The notes: generated from the letters alone by a model not told the origin. DNA of 64,000 nt from Acidimicrobiia bacterium (GCA_965216945.1 CBDCGU010000003.1:3526653-3590652), one strand, 5' to 3'; shown: positions 27,445-37,985, counted from the stretch's first letter. Made by a program: numbers and translations.

Positions 27445-29792
27445 TTCGGGAGCCGGTCTTCGGGTCGCCGATCGATCGCATCGATGCGGACCGTATGCTC
27501 TCCGGACGCGGCGAGTTCGTCGCCGACGTGATGCGGCCAGACATGCTGCACGCCGTATTCGTGCGCAGCCCGCTGGCGCATGCCACCGTCGGTACGATCG
27601 ACATCCAGTCCGCCGCGGCGCTCCCCGGGGTGGTGGCCGTTCTAACCGCAGATGACTTTCCGGCGACGGCCCTGTCGAGCGGTGCGCGCCGTGAGGGTCT
27701 GCAGGAAACGCCGCAACCGATCCTCGCCAGAGATCGTGTCAGGTTCGTAGGTGAGGCGGTCGCGATCGTCGTTGCGGAGAACCGTTACGTCGCCGAGGAT
27801 GCGTCGAGGCTCGTGGTAGCCGATTACGAAGCGTTGCCCGTGTCGATCGATCCCATGGCTCGAAGCCGTGACGACCACGAGCCGCTGTGGCCGCACCTCG
27901 ATGACGACGTGGTGTTCCGGGAGGACGCAGTCTTTGGCGACCCCAGCGCTGCGTTTGCGTCCGCCGCCCACGTCGCGTCGGCCACGCTGGACATGAGCCA
28001 TGTGAGCGCGGCGCCGATTGAGACGCGAGGGTGCGTGGCTGAGTACGACCCGGCAACGACCACACTCACATTTTGGAGTTCGACCCAGGCTCCACACCGG
28101 CTTCGCAACAGTCTCTCCGGCCTCACGGGACTAGCCGAGCACCGCATCAACGTGAAAATGCACGATGTGGGAGGTGCGTTCGGCTCGAAGATCCCGCTTT
28201 CGCCGGAGGAGGTGGTGGTCGCCTTGACATCGCTGCGGCTCCATCGACCCGTCAAGTGGATCGAAGACAGAAGAGAGAGCCTGGTTGCCGCGCCACACGC
28301 CCGCGGCACTTCGGCGGACGTTCAGCTTGCCCTGGGACCGCGTGGTGAGCTGCTCGGCGCCAAGGCGCGGTTCGTGGGTGATGCGGGTGCATACTCCTAC
28401 AACAGTGGGAGTGCCCTCGTCGAGGCGTTCATCGCCGCTCGACGCTTTCCCGCGTGCTACCGCCTCGAGCACTACTCGTACACGGTCGAGGTCATTCTCA
28501 CCAACAAGTCCCCGATCGCCCCGTTCCGAGGCGTCGGCGACGTGTGTGCGACGACGATTCGTGAGCTTGGGCTCGACGCCGCGGCGCGTGAGGTTGGTGT
28601 CGATCGGGTAGCCATCCGCCGGCGAAACCTCGTTACGTCCGAAGAACTGCCGTACACGTCGTGCACCGGGTTCGTACTCGACAGCGGCAGTTTCCTGGAG
28701 GCGTTCGACAAGCTCGTCGACATCGTCGGCTATGACCGGTGTGTCGCTGATCATGGCGAGGAGAGCAAGGTAGGACGCACCCTCGGGGTCGGCCTGAGCG
28801 TCTTCATCGAGGCCTCCGGCGACGGAGCCGAGCGCGGTCGACATCTCTGGGGCCGTCCGACGACCGTCATGGAGACAGCTCGAGTGGCGCTCAATGCGTC
28901 GGGTACAGCAACGGTGTCCTTCGGTACGACGTCGCAAGGTCAGGGTATCGAGACGGCGATGTGTCAGATCGCGGCGGATGTTCTTGGTCTCTCGATCGAT
29001 GACGTCGATGTCGTGTTGTCGGACACCGCCACCAGCCCGGTGAGCACCGGTGGGACGCGCGCGAGCAGGGTCGCAGTTGTCACGGGAGGCGCCGTGGGAC
29101 GAGCCGCCGAAGCGGTGCGCGAGCAGATTCTCCGCGCCGCGTCCCATCTGTACGAGGTGGCGGTGGGCGATCTCGAGGTCATCGGCCGGGAGCTGATGGT
29201 CGTCGGGGCTCCGTCGACGGCCACCCCCATGAAGGTCGTCATCGCCGACGCATTCCGATCTCCGCTTGTGCGGGAACGCGAGCCGGACCTCACATTCTCC
29301 GCTACTCGGGCGTACGACATGGGATCGACGTTCGGCAACGGCGCTATCGGCTGTGTCGTCGAAGTTGATACCGACACCGGACGGATCATCCCAAAGAGGG
29401 TTGTCGTCGTTGACGATTGCGGCACGGTGATCAACCCCGCCAGCGTCGACGGTCAGGTGCGAGGCGGCGTTGTGCAGGGGATTGGATCAGCTCTGTACGA
29501 GCGGGTTCATTATGACGAGAACGGCCAGATCATGACGGCGACTCTCTTCGATTACCTCCTGCCGGTGGCTGCCGATGTGCCCGACATCGACGTATATCAC
29601 GTCTCATCTCCATCTCCGAACACCTGGCGTGGGATCAAGGGAGCAGGTGAGGGTGGGAGCATTGGGACGCCAGCGGCGGTGCTTGCGGCCGTAGCAGATG
29701 CATTGGCGCCGCTCGGTGTGGACATCGCGAACATGCCGTTGCTGCCTGAGCTGGTGAGCTCGCTGGTCGAGGCCAAGCTCACGGACACATGA
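27441..29792 (+). CDS. xanthine dehydrogenase family molybdopterin-binding large subunit (CoxL-like; not a form I CODH signature)
   Basis: 783 aa; ATGA overlap with the small subunit; active-site loop reads IAPFRGVG rather than VAYRCSFR. Confidence 0.85.
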   Translation: MIREPVFGSPIDRIDADRMLSGRGEFVADVMRPDMLHAVFVRSPLAHATVGTIDIQSAAALPGVVAVLTADDFPATALSSGARREGLQETPQPILARDRVRFVGEAVAIVVAENRYVAEDASRLVVADYEALPVSIDPMARSRDDHEPLWPHLDDDVVFREDAVFGDPSAAFASAAHVASATLDMSHVSAAPIETRGCVAEYDPATTTLTFWSSTQAPHRLRNSLSGLTGLAEHRINVKMHDVGGAFGSKIPLSPEEVVVALTSLRLHRPVKWIEDRRESLVAAPHARGTSADVQLALGPRGELLGAKARFVGDAGAYSYNSGSALVEAFIAARRFPACYRLEHYSYTVEVILTNKSPIAPFRGVGDVCATTIRELGLDAAAREVGVDRVAIRRRNLVTSEELPYTSCTGFVLDSGSFLEAFDKLVDIVGYDRCVADHGEESKVGRTLGVGLSVFIEASGDGAERGRHLWGRPTTVMETARVALNASGTATVSFGTTSQGQGIETAMCQIAADVLGLSIDDVDVVLSDTATSPVSTGGTRASRVAVVTGGAVGRAAEAVREQILRAASHLYEVAVGDLEVIGRELMVVGAPSTATPMKVVIADAFRSPLVREREPDLTFSATRAYDMGSTFGNGAIGCVVEVDTDTGRIIPKRVVVVDDCGTVINPASVDGQVRGGVVQGIGSALYERVHYDENGQIMTATLFDYLLPVAADVPDIDVYHVSSPSPNTWRGIKGAGEGGSIGTPAAVLAAVADALAPLGVDIANMPLLPELVSSLVEAKLTDT

Positions 29793-29815
29793 GCCCGGAG
29801 GCTTCGTTGCCAGGA

Positions 29816-31618
29816 TCAGACCCCTTGCCCGGGAGTCCCCTTGAAGTCTCCGGCGAGTGTGCCGCGCGTGCGGGAACGACTGAGGATCAATCGCATCACC
29901 ACGTATACGACTCCCATCAGCCCGACAAGGATGATCGCGAGCGCTGAGCTAGGGCCGGTCAAGCCCTCACCCCACAGGAAGAAGACTCGTTGCGAAAGCG
30001 TGGATGTCGCGGACGTTCCCGTGCCGAGGAACAGCGGTGTGAGAAGGTCCCTCATGCTGGCCATCCAGAGCAGGAGGAACGTGGCGATCGCGACTGGCTT
30101 GATGGCAGGTAGTGTGACAGACCTGAGCACGTCGAACGTGCCCGCACCACAGGTCCGTGCCGCGTCCTCGAGATCGGGATGGAGTTGATCGAGCCCGTCA
30201 CGCAGGTGCTGGATGCCCAGGGGCAGGAAACGGGCGAGCTGAGCCAGGATGATGATCCACATCGTGCCGTAAAGGATGACGGGCGACCTCAACCAGGCCC
30301 AGGCCACACCGATCACGAAGGCAACGGCGGGCACAGCCGCCATGAACGTCCCACCGAATGTGAGACTCTCCTTCACGAATCCACGGCCGCGAAGGTCGGT
30401 CCAGGCGATGACCAGGCTGAGGGCGATCCCCACGACCGACATGAAGACCGCGGCCTGCAGCGTGTTGACGAGAATTTCCCGGAACACGTCGCCGGTGAAG
30501 TGGTCGAGGTAATGGTCGAGGCCAAGATTCGACAGTGAAAAACCCTGGTAGATGCTCTTTCGGATCGAGAGCGAGAAGATCACCCCGTAGGGCAGGAACA
30601 GGGCCAAGGTCACGACGATGACGTTGAATGCCGCGAACACATGGCGGATCGGTCCTACCTTCATCCGAACGGACCGATGGCCCTTGCCTCCGATCACGTG
30701 GTAACGGCCGGCACCTCCCCGACGGGCAAGTCGCAGCCCAAGCCATGCGAGGACACCCGCGGTCAGGGCGAAGAAGACACCAATCGCGGCAGCGAGCGCC
30801 AAATCGGGCGGGGGAGTATTGATCAGGCGGTAGAGATAGGTGGCAAAGACGTAGACCTTTCCCGGCGTGCCGAGAATGGCTGGAATGGTGAAGAATCCCC
30901 ACATGATGATGATCGAGAAGATTCCTCCGGTGATCATGGCCGGCTTCACGAGCGGGAGCGTCACGGTTCGAAGGACCCTCATCGGTGAGAGCCCCGATGC
31001 GAGCGCTGCTTCCTCGTACGAGCTGTCCATGCTCTCGAGAGCTGAGCTGATCGTCAGGTAGAGATATGGGTAGAGAAACAGAGACGCCACGAATATCATC
31101 GTGATCATCGAAAAGGCGTTGAAAGGCTTGATGCCAAAGAGGTTGTCCATCACCGAGTTTGCGATGCCAGCATTGGGTGACAGGAGCCAGGCGTACGACA
31201 TTGCCATGATCCACGGTGGGTTGACGAAAGCGATCACGCTCGAGATCCTGATGAATCGGCTAAATGGTGTGTTGAGGCGTGTCGTTGATAGCGCAGATAT
31301 CACCGCCATCGCAAAACCCAGGACCAGTGCGAAGAACGCAAAGATGACCGAGTTCTTGACGGCCTCGATCGGCCCGAAGCTCGAGAGGAGTTCGCCGTAC
31401 TTGGCAAGGGAAGGCTGCACTCCCGTCCCACCGAGACTCCCGAGGAACAGCCAGACCATTGGGTAGATGTTCAGAATGAGCAGCAGGATCCCCGCCACGG
31501 CAACCATCGTGCCCTGCTGGGTATCCCGGACTCCGAGGAGTCGAAGCAGTCGTCCCTTCGGTTTCGATGGGGCCGGTCCGAGGAGTTCCGGTTCCGTCGG
31601 AGCCGTGAGATCTGTCAT
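29816..31618 (-). CDS. ABC transporter permease (two fused transmembrane domains; Fe3+/polyamine/thiamine type)
   Basis: Duplicated binding-protein-dependent inner-membrane component pattern; ATGA overlap with the ATPase gene. Confidence 0.8.
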   Translation of the reverse strand: MTDLTAPTEPELLGPAPSKPKGRLLRLLGVRDTQQGTMVAVAGILLLILNIYPMVWLFLGSLGGTGVQPSLAKYGELLSSFGPIEAVKNSVIFAFFALVLGFAMAVISALSTTRLNTPFSRFIRISSVIAFVNPPWIMAMSYAWLLSPNAGIANSVMDNLFGIKPFNAFSMITMIFVASLFLYPYLYLTISSALESMDSSYEEAALASGLSPMRVLRTVTLPLVKPAMITGGIFSIIIMWGFFTIPAILGTPGKVYVFATYLYRLINTPPPDLALAAAIGVFFALTAGVLAWLGLRLARRGGAGRYHVIGGKGHRSVRMKVGPIRHVFAAFNVIVVTLALFLPYGVIFSLSIRKSIYQGFSLSNLGLDHYLDHFTGDVFREILVNTLQAAVFMSVVGIALSLVIAWTDLRGRGFVKESLTFGGTFMAAVPAVAFVIGVAWAWLRSPVILYGTMWIIILAQLARFLPLGIQHLRDGLDQLHPDLEDAARTCGAGTFDVLRSVTLPAIKPVAIATFLLLWMASMRDLLTPLFLGTGTSATSTLSQRVFFLWGEGLTGPSSALAIILVGLMGVVYVVMRLILSRSRTRGTLAGDFKGTPGQGV

Positions 31619-32757
31619 GGCTTGCTGCTTGCGTTTGCGTGCCGCGAAGGGGCTACCTCTTCGGATGTTCCGTGGAGCAATGAGAGATGCGGGGTTCTGA
31701 ACCCAACATGAACGGTTGCGCCGGCTCGCCAGTCCTCGATGCCGGGAACGAGCGCGCGTATGGTGAGATCGCGGATCTCGACGAGGCAATCGAGCACGGA
31801 ACCCAAGTACGTCACTCGGCTGAGCGTTCCGCGGATGGTCTCCGCACCCTCCTCATGCTCGAGGCGAACGGCGCCCGGTCTGACCGCAACCCAGACCTGT
31901 TCACCGACGTCGGCCTCGTCCTCCACCCGGACGCCGTGATCCCAACCTTCGACCTGCACGACGACGTGATCGGCTTCAATGCGAACCACTTGCCCGCTGA
32001 GAAGATTCGAGACGCCGAGGAAGTCGGCGACGAACGGGTGCTTCGGGTTGTGATAGACATCGCGGGGGTCTCCCTGCCGAAGGATCTCACCCTCTTTGAG
32101 GACGAGGATGTCGTCGGACAATGCCATTGCCTCGGCTTGGTCGTGTGTGACGTAGATCGTCGTCAGGCCGTACCGTTGCTGAACCTCTCGAACCTCAAAG
32201 CGCATGCTTTCGCGCAGCTTCGCATCGAGATTCGCCAGTGGCTCGTCGAGAAGGAGCACTCTCGGTCGATAAACGAGCGAGCGGGCGAGGACAACGCGCT
32301 GCTGCTGACCGCCGCTGAGCTCCGACGGATAGCGGTTCTCATAGCCCTCCATTCCGACGCTGGTGAGCACCTCTCGGACCTTCGTTCTGACCTGGTCCTT
32401 GCCAGCAGAGTTCCCTTCGCCCTTGCCAGTGAGCTTGAGCGGAAGCGCAACGTTCTGGAACACGGAGAGATGTGGCCATATCGCATATGACTGGAACACC
32501 ATGCCGATCGTTCGCTTGTCGACGGGCACGTTGATACTCGCGGTGCTGTCGAAGACGACCTCGTCACCGAGCTTTATTCGCCCCGACGTCGGCTGCTCAA
32601 GGCCGGCGATGCACCTGAGGATCGTGCTCTTGCCACATCCAGACGGACCGAGGAGGGTCAGCACCTGACCCTCCTCGACCGTGAATGAGACATCTCCGAC
32701 CGCAGTGACGTCGGCACCGAACTGTTTGACGAGGTTCCGAACCTCTACGCGAGCCAT
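31615..32757 (-). CDS. ABC transporter ATP-binding protein (PotA/FbpC-like)
   Basis: Walker A (GPSGCGKST), signature (LSGGQQQRV), Walker B (LLLDEP); C-terminal TOBE-like domain. Confidence 0.85.
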   Translation of the reverse strand: MARVEVRNLVKQFGADVTAVGDVSFTVEEGQVLTLLGPSGCGKSTILRCIAGLEQPTSGRIKLGDEVVFDSTASINVPVDKRTIGMVFQSYAIWPHLSVFQNVALPLKLTGKGEGNSAGKDQVRTKVREVLTSVGMEGYENRYPSELSGGQQQRVVLARSLVYRPRVLLLDEPLANLDAKLRESMRFEVREVQQRYGLTTIYVTHDQAEAMALSDDILVLKEGEILRQGDPRDVYHNPKHPFVADFLGVSNLLSGQVVRIEADHVVVQVEGWDHGVRVEDEADVGEQVWVAVRPGAVRLEHEEGAETIRGTLSRVTYLGSVLDCLVEIRDLTIRALVPGIEDWRAGATVHVGFRTPHLSLLHGTSEEVAPSRHANASSKP

Positions 32758-32826
32758 GTCGGCACCTCTTCACCAAACCTCTGCGCTTGGTGACATCGTT
32801 GAACGCCGTCGCTTCCCGGCCTTCGA

Positions 32827-33957
32827 TCAGCCAGCGAGTGACCTCCACAGGTCGACGATCCGGTCCCTCGTTTCCATGAGTGTCTGAATCGGGATGTCCG
32901 TCGGGTTGAGTGGGGTCAGATCCGGGAAGCCCTCAGGTGGTGTGACGTCCTGCACGACCGGGTTGATCCTGAGCTGGTCCGCAGCTCGCTGCTGGTGCTC
33001 CACGGACAGGAGGAAGTTGACGAAGAGTCGCGCGGCATTGGGATGCGGAGCATCCGTCGGAATGACTGCGACGTACGTCGAGTTCAGCACCCCTTCCGGC
33101 CAATGGAAACCGAGCGGTGCACCAGCCTCCAACTGAGCTGCTGGAGCCGTTTGGCTGATGACAGCCACCTCCCGCTCACCCCTCGCCACGAAGTCGGCGG
33201 CTTCCACCTCACGCTCTGTCTCGAGGAGGTCTTGGTTTGCGAACGCCTCGACCCATTCTTGACCGAACGCTTGCTCGGCCGCATAGATGAAGGCCGCAGC
33301 TGCGAAGGAGTTCTCCGGCGTGCCGAACGCCAGCTTCCCCGTCCATCGCGGGTCGGTCAAGCCCTCGTACGAGGTTGGGAGCTCCGACGGATCAACGAGA
33401 TCTGTGTTGTACACGAGTGGGTATGCCGACGAGACGATCGTATGGAACTTCGGATCGTCGACCGTGTAGATGTCGAGCAGGTTGGCGTCGTTGACAGTCT
33501 CGTAGTCCGCCAGCAAGTCCAGCGGTGCGCCCTCTGCGATGGCGCGCCCAATCTGCATGACGTCGACGAGGTTCTGGCCCGCTTCAACCTCGGTTAGCCA
33601 GGACTGGAGCGTTGGTGGCGAGCCGCCCTTTCGGGAGTAGTCCACCGTGATGCCGTACTTCTCTTCGAACTCCTTGAAGAGCTCCGCCTCCACGGACTCA
33701 GGGAACACGCTACGTACGGATATCGATCCTTCGGCTTGTGCCGCGGCGATCAGGTCAGCCATGGGGTCAGCAGGGGCCGCAGTGGTTGTTGCCCCTTCTG
33801 TCGTTGTTGCGCCCGCATCATCGGCCGCGGGCGCAGTGGTTGTTGCCCCTTCTGTCGTTGTTGCGCCCCCCTCAGTCGTCGAACTGTCATCGTCTCCGCA
33901 TGCGGTGGCGATGAGCAAGATCGCTGCCGCTGCTGCTACTAGACGGCGTGCTCTCAT
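32827..33957 (-). CDS. ABC transporter substrate-binding lipoprotein (family 1 solute-binding protein) with Thr/Ala-rich repetitive linker
   Basis: Lipobox LIATAC; periplasmic binding protein architecture. Confidence 0.75.
   Translation of the reverse strand: MRARRLVAAAAAILLIATACGDDDSSTTEGGATTTEGATTTAPAADDAGATTTEGATTTAAPADPMADLIAAAQAEGSISVRSVFPESVEAELFKEFEEKYGITVDYSRKGGSPPTLQSWLTEVEAGQNLVDVMQIGRAIAEGAPLDLLADYETVNDANLLDIYTVDDPKFHTIVSSAYPLVYNTDLVDPSELPTSYEGLTDPRWTGKLAFGTPENSFAAAAFIYAAEQAFGQEWVEAFANQDLLETEREVEAADFVARGEREVAVISQTAPAAQLEAGAPLGFHWPEGVLNSTYVAVIPTDAPHPNAARLFVNFLLSVEHQQRAADQLRINPVVQDVTPPEGFPDLTPLNPTDIPIQTLMETRDRIVDLWRSLAG
33779..33868. repeat. two perfect copies of a 36-nt unit, 54 nt apart, inside the substrate-binding-protein gene (encodes repeated DAGATTTEGATTTAAPAD linker)
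   Basis: Read directly: 33779-33814 and 33833-33868 are identical. Confidence 0.7.
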
Positions 33958-34043
33958 GAGCCTCTCCCTCTTTTCGCTGGACGACCCTTGCTGGTCTCAG
34001 CTTCAGGACTCGGACGCTGAACCAACGTTGCCCTCACGTCGCG

Positions 34044-34061
34044 AGAACGTACGCTCGTTCG
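34044..34061. promoter_or_regulatory. operator-family site (minus-strand CGAACGAGCGTACGTTCT; 17/18 identical to the 41496 site), about 85 nt upstream of the ABC transporter operon
   Basis: Read directly. Confidence 0.5.
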
Positions 34062-34296
34062 TCGGAATCGTTCCTGAGGATAGCTGGCCCAGTCGCGTGA
34101 TTTCAATCGGATTCTTCGCAGGGCCGACAATCGGCATATGAGCCCTCTCCGCAAGCCACTGCGGATGGACCACCTGCCAGGCCGCTCGGGGACTCGGGCC
34201 TCGGTTCTTTCTGCGCCTCCGTCGACGAACGACCGCTCGACGACCGGGGCCCAATAGGATCATGGCGCTACCACCCACCCGGGCGCCGACGCCACC

Positions 34297-35046
34297 CTAT
34301 GTGAGCCAGCCCCCGTCCACGGCCAGCACGTGGCCGGTCACGTAGGAAGCTGCATCCGAGCACAAGAACGAAACGGCTGAGGCCACATCGTTGACGGTTC
34401 CGAGTTGGCCGAGCGGAATCCACTCGTGGATCGATTGCTCGACCGCTTGAACGCTCTCTGCGGCCGCCCACATCGCCTCTGTCGAGATCGTCCCCGGTGC
34501 GACGGCATTTACCCGGATGCCCAATGGGGCGAGTTCGCGAGCCGCCGTGATGGTCAGCATCCGCACGGCTCCCTTCGACGTGTCGTACACGCTGTTTGGG
34601 ACCGTGGACGCTCGGAAGCCGGAAGTCGAGGATATGTTGACAATCGATGGCTCGTCGCCGGCGGACATCACTGACGCTGCGGCTTGGATGCCGAAGAAGA
34701 CACCACGGACGTTGACGTCCATGACCCGGTCGTACTCCTCAGGAGTCACGTCGGTGATTCGCTTTCGCAACCTGAGGCCCGCGTTGTTGACGTACAGCCT
34801 CAGCGGCCGCTGCGACGAGACCTCCTCGCAGAGCTCGTGAATGGCCGCCGCATCGGTCACGTCCAATTCTGCGAAGTCGGCCTCGAGGCCCCGAGCGCAC
34901 AGGGCCGATGCACGTTGCGCTGCCTCCTCGGCGCTCACATCGCCGAGAGTGACCGCATAGCCATCGACTGCGAGACGTTCGGCGATTCCAAAGCCGATAC
35001 CGCGTGCAGCCCCGGTGACGATGGCGGCACCTGCGGACCTGGTCAT
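34297..35046 (-). CDS. SDR family NAD(P)-dependent oxidoreductase
   Basis: TGAARGIG Rossmann motif, NNAG, YxxxK region. Confidence 0.8.
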   Translation of the reverse strand: MTRSAGAAIVTGAARGIGFGIAERLAVDGYAVTLGDVSAEEAAQRASALCARGLEADFAELDVTDAAAIHELCEEVSSQRPLRLYVNNAGLRLRKRITDVTPEEYDRVMDVNVRGVFFGIQAAASVMSAGDEPSIVNISSTSGFRASTVPNSVYDTSKGAVRMLTITAARELAPLGIRVNAVAPGTISTEAMWAAAESVQAVEQSIHEWIPLGQLGTVNDVASAVSFLCSDAASYVTGHVLAVDGGWLT

Positions 35047-35281
35047 AGTCTTCCGTTTCTGATCGGGCGGTTGGGGGTGGAAGAAGCAAGAAGGTGGCGG
35101 CCAGTCCGGGCACTGTAGCGCAGCGCAGTCCACGGCCGAAGGCCCGGCGGCAGTACGAAGGGGCTGATGCCCCGTACCCCCTCGTCGGTTGTGAGTGCGG
35201 CGTGTTGACTTGACGGCGCTCGGCAATATTGGCGATGCTCGATGCCGTCGGCCACTTGCGACGAGAAGATCGGACCCTGAC

Positions 35282-36076
35282 ATGGAACGGACAGCGACAT
35301 CGGACGGTGGAGAGCTGAGTCGATGTCAACGACTCATCGGAACGCGTTGCTTCGTGACCGGGGCAGCATCCGGTATCGGTCTCGGCGTCGCTCGCCGCTT
35401 TGCGCAGGAGGGTGCATTGACAACCCTTGCAGACATCGATGCGACAGGGGTTGTCGATGCGGCGCTTGCGGTTGCCGAGTTCGGCGAGACGTATTCAGTG
35501 GTCGTGGACGTCGCCTCCAAGCCGTCCGTGCTTGCGGCGATGGCCGAAAGCGTTGAGCAGATGGGGGGAGTCGACGTTGTCGTCAATTGCGCCGGCATTG
35601 AGAGTCACCACACTCCTTACGACCTGCCCGTGGAAGAGTGGGACCGAGTATTTGCAGTGAATGCACGGGGAACGTTTTTGGTCGCACAAGCGGGCGCTCG
35701 GCAGATGCGAGAGCAGGGGACAGGCGGGTGCATCATCAACATCTCGTCGGTTCAGGCCGAGGTTGCCACTGGGGAGATTGCCCACTACGCGGCCTCGAAG
35801 GGTGCCGTTCGTCAGCTCACCAAGGCCCTCGCCGTGGGTTTCGCCCGAGACGGGATCCGTGTGAACGCAATTGGTCCAGGTCCTGTGGCGACTGGCATGT
35901 CGAGTTGGCTCCACGATTCGGCACAACGCGCACGAATCCTCGGACGACTGCTCAGCGAGCGTCCCGGTACTCCCGACGACATCGCGGCAGCTGCAGCGTA
36001 CTTGGCTTCCGACGATGCCGGATTCGTGACTGGTACGACGCTATACGTCGACGGTGGTGTCTTGGCGGTCAGATGA
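35282..36076 (+). CDS. SDR family NAD(P)-dependent oxidoreductase
   Basis: VTGAASGIG, NCAG, SSVQ...YAASK motifs; start position approximate. Confidence 0.75.
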   Translation: MERTATSDGGELSRCQRLIGTRCFVTGAASGIGLGVARRFAQEGALTTLADIDATGVVDAALAVAEFGETYSVVVDVASKPSVLAAMAESVEQMGGVDVVVNCAGIESHHTPYDLPVEEWDRVFAVNARGTFLVAQAGARQMREQGTGGCIINISSVQAEVATGEIAHYAASKGAVRQLTKALAVGFARDGIRVNAIGPGPVATGMSSWLHDSAQRARILGRLLSERPGTPDDIAAAAAYLASDDAGFVTGTTLYVDGGVLAVR

Positions 36077-36095
36077 GCGGAGGCTGGCTGCCGGC

Positions 36096-37169
36096 TCACA
36101 CGTCGAGGCGTGAACGTAGCTGCAACATTGCTGCCGCTGCCCCTTCGAGATCGTCGACGTGGAAGCCTTCGGCAAGATCAGGGTCGAGCGCGGCGAGGGC
36201 TTCTCTCACGGATCCGTTGTAGACAACCCGACCCTCTTTCGTGACTTGGGTGCCGTGTTCGTTCTCAAACTGGGAGTTCCAGGCGACGGCAGCGTCCTCG
36301 TCCAGGCCTGGGGGGAGATCGAGCGACAGCTCCCCCTTGTCGATCCTGATCGGATAGCCGCCAGGGAGTCCGGCCGGTCCGGGGACGTGGTCGAAGTGGT
36401 CGCTACCTCGAGCCAGCGCCACGATCAAAGGCACTGTTACGAGAGCTGCTACGAGGTTGTGGGGCTCGATACGGCCCAGCTCTGCCTTGCGGAATTGGTC
36501 GTACACATCGTCGACCTCGCGGCCATCGATCCATACTCGCGGGGGCTGGCCTTCTCGATCGGCGGCGGGCTCCTGCCATGTGGCCGATTGTCTATGGTGC
36601 GCCAGCATTTGAAGCTTCGTCCGTGCAGGGAGTGTTTCCCTGAACGCGGCAGCAAGGATCTGGATGTTGCCAACACCACACGTGACCGGAAGGCGCTTCG
36701 CAGCCAGGATTTGGTTGACAACGTCCGGGAAGGAACAGTTGACGTAGGGCGGCACGTCGTCCAAGAGCAACAACGCTTGACCGATCCGAGCGGCCAGGAG
36801 TGCCTGTAGAGGCGAAGCAACCGTGAGACCGGTCTCTCTGAGAAAGGTCGACCATTGCGAATCGCGGGTCAGCGACATCAGGGGAGGTTGCACTGTCGCC
36901 GCATTCACGACCAAGCGGGGGCCGAGCGATTGGATGGTCTCTGCAATCGTCGACGGACTCGACCAGTCGATCAGAACCGGGGAGAAGCGGACCTCGCAAC
37001 CTGCGGCGATCGACCGTACGTTTCCCGTATACGTCAGGTCCGTCAGTGTCTCACTATGGCGCCCTCCAACGGCGACTCGCAGCGGGCCATCAGGGACGAG
37101 CGCCAGATCGTGCACGATCTGCGTCGCATAGAGCCCGCTACCCGCCAGAAACACGTCACATGATGTCAT
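36096..37169 (-). CDS. hypothetical NAD(P)-binding protein (saccharopine dehydrogenase-like N-terminus?)
   Basis: VFLAGSGLYATQIVHDLA Rossmann-like start; otherwise unrecognised. Confidence 0.4.
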   Translation of the reverse strand: MTSCDVFLAGSGLYATQIVHDLALVPDGPLRVAVGGRHSETLTDLTYTGNVRSIAAGCEVRFSPVLIDWSSPSTIAETIQSLGPRLVVNAATVQPPLMSLTRDSQWSTFLRETGLTVASPLQALLAARIGQALLLLDDVPPYVNCSFPDVVNQILAAKRLPVTCGVGNIQILAAAFRETLPARTKLQMLAHHRQSATWQEPAADREGQPPRVWIDGREVDDVYDQFRKAELGRIEPHNLVAALVTVPLIVALARGSDHFDHVPGPAGLPGGYPIRIDKGELSLDLPPGLDEDAAVAWNSQFENEHGTQVTKEGRVVYNGSVREALAALDPDLAEGFHVDDLEGAAAAMLQLRSRLDV

Positions 37170-37236
37170 TGGTCACTCCTCCCGATCCTGTGAGCCGAAC
37201 AGCCCGACGAGACTGCTGGGGCTATCACACTCCTAT

Positions 37237-37971
37237 TCATGGCACCAACAGGCGAACACCGGCAAGCGTTACGACGGAAGCCAGCAAGATCCTGAAGAGG
37301 CTGGGGCTCATCTTGCCGAGCAACCGCTTTGCGTACGAGGTCGCGATCAGAATTGCGACCGATAACAAGGCAATCGCCGGTATGAATTCGGCAACCAGAA
37401 GGCCCGACGCCGAGTAGACAGCGGTCTTGGCGAGTACTGTCGTGACAGCCATCAGTGCCATCGTCGAGACGAACCGTTCCTTCTCGAGACCGCGACGCGT
37501 CAAGAAGGGCGCGATGATGGGGCCTGAACCACCGACCGTTGCGGCAACGAATCCTGAGACTGCTCCGACCGCTGAGAATGGGCGATGGCTCATCGCCTGC
37601 CGTGATGTAGCTCGGTGCCATCTCGCACCGGCCACGATCACGCTGCCGAGGAGGAATGTGCCCATGGCAACCTCGAGGGCACGCTGCGGTATCTGCGTCA
37701 GCAGCAGGCCACCGACGACGACGCTCGGGATCATCCCCATGGCAAACCAACCCACCGCCTTGCCATCCACGTCGCGTCGGAACAACCACGACCTGAGGAG
37801 GCTTCCGACCAACAAGACAGGCGCAGTCACCACGACCACCGTTTGTGGCGGCAGGAAGGCCGACAGGACGGCGATCATCAGCAGTCCCCCTCCGAGGCCG
37901 ACGATGCCATCGAGTGCGCCGGCTCCCAGGCCGATGAGCAGCAACAGAAGCACGGCCACCGGAGTGCTCAT
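37237..37971 (-). CDS. sulfite exporter TauE/SafE family membrane protein
   Basis: Two-repeat 4-TM pattern with GxGGG segments (LGGGLLMIAVL; VGGSGPIIAPFL). Confidence 0.75.
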   Translation of the reverse strand: MSTPVAVLLLLLIGLGAGALDGIVGLGGGLLMIAVLSAFLPPQTVVVVTAPVLLVGSLLRSWLFRRDVDGKAVGWFAMGMIPSVVVGGLLLTQIPQRALEVAMGTFLLGSVIVAGARWHRATSRQAMSHRPFSAVGAVSGFVAATVGGSGPIIAPFLTRRGLEKERFVSTMALMAVTTVLAKTAVYSASGLLVAEFIPAIALLSVAILIATSYAKRLLGKMSPSLFRILLASVVTLAGVRLLVP

Positions 37972-37985
37972 GCCATCGAGAGGCG

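Noticed and set aside
33958-34296. Possible TPP riboswitch in the 5' leader of the ABC transporter operon (a CUGAGA element is present)
   Set aside because: No GGGGUGC / ACCC pairing elements of the THI-box; the leader is better explained by the operator site at 34044-34061.
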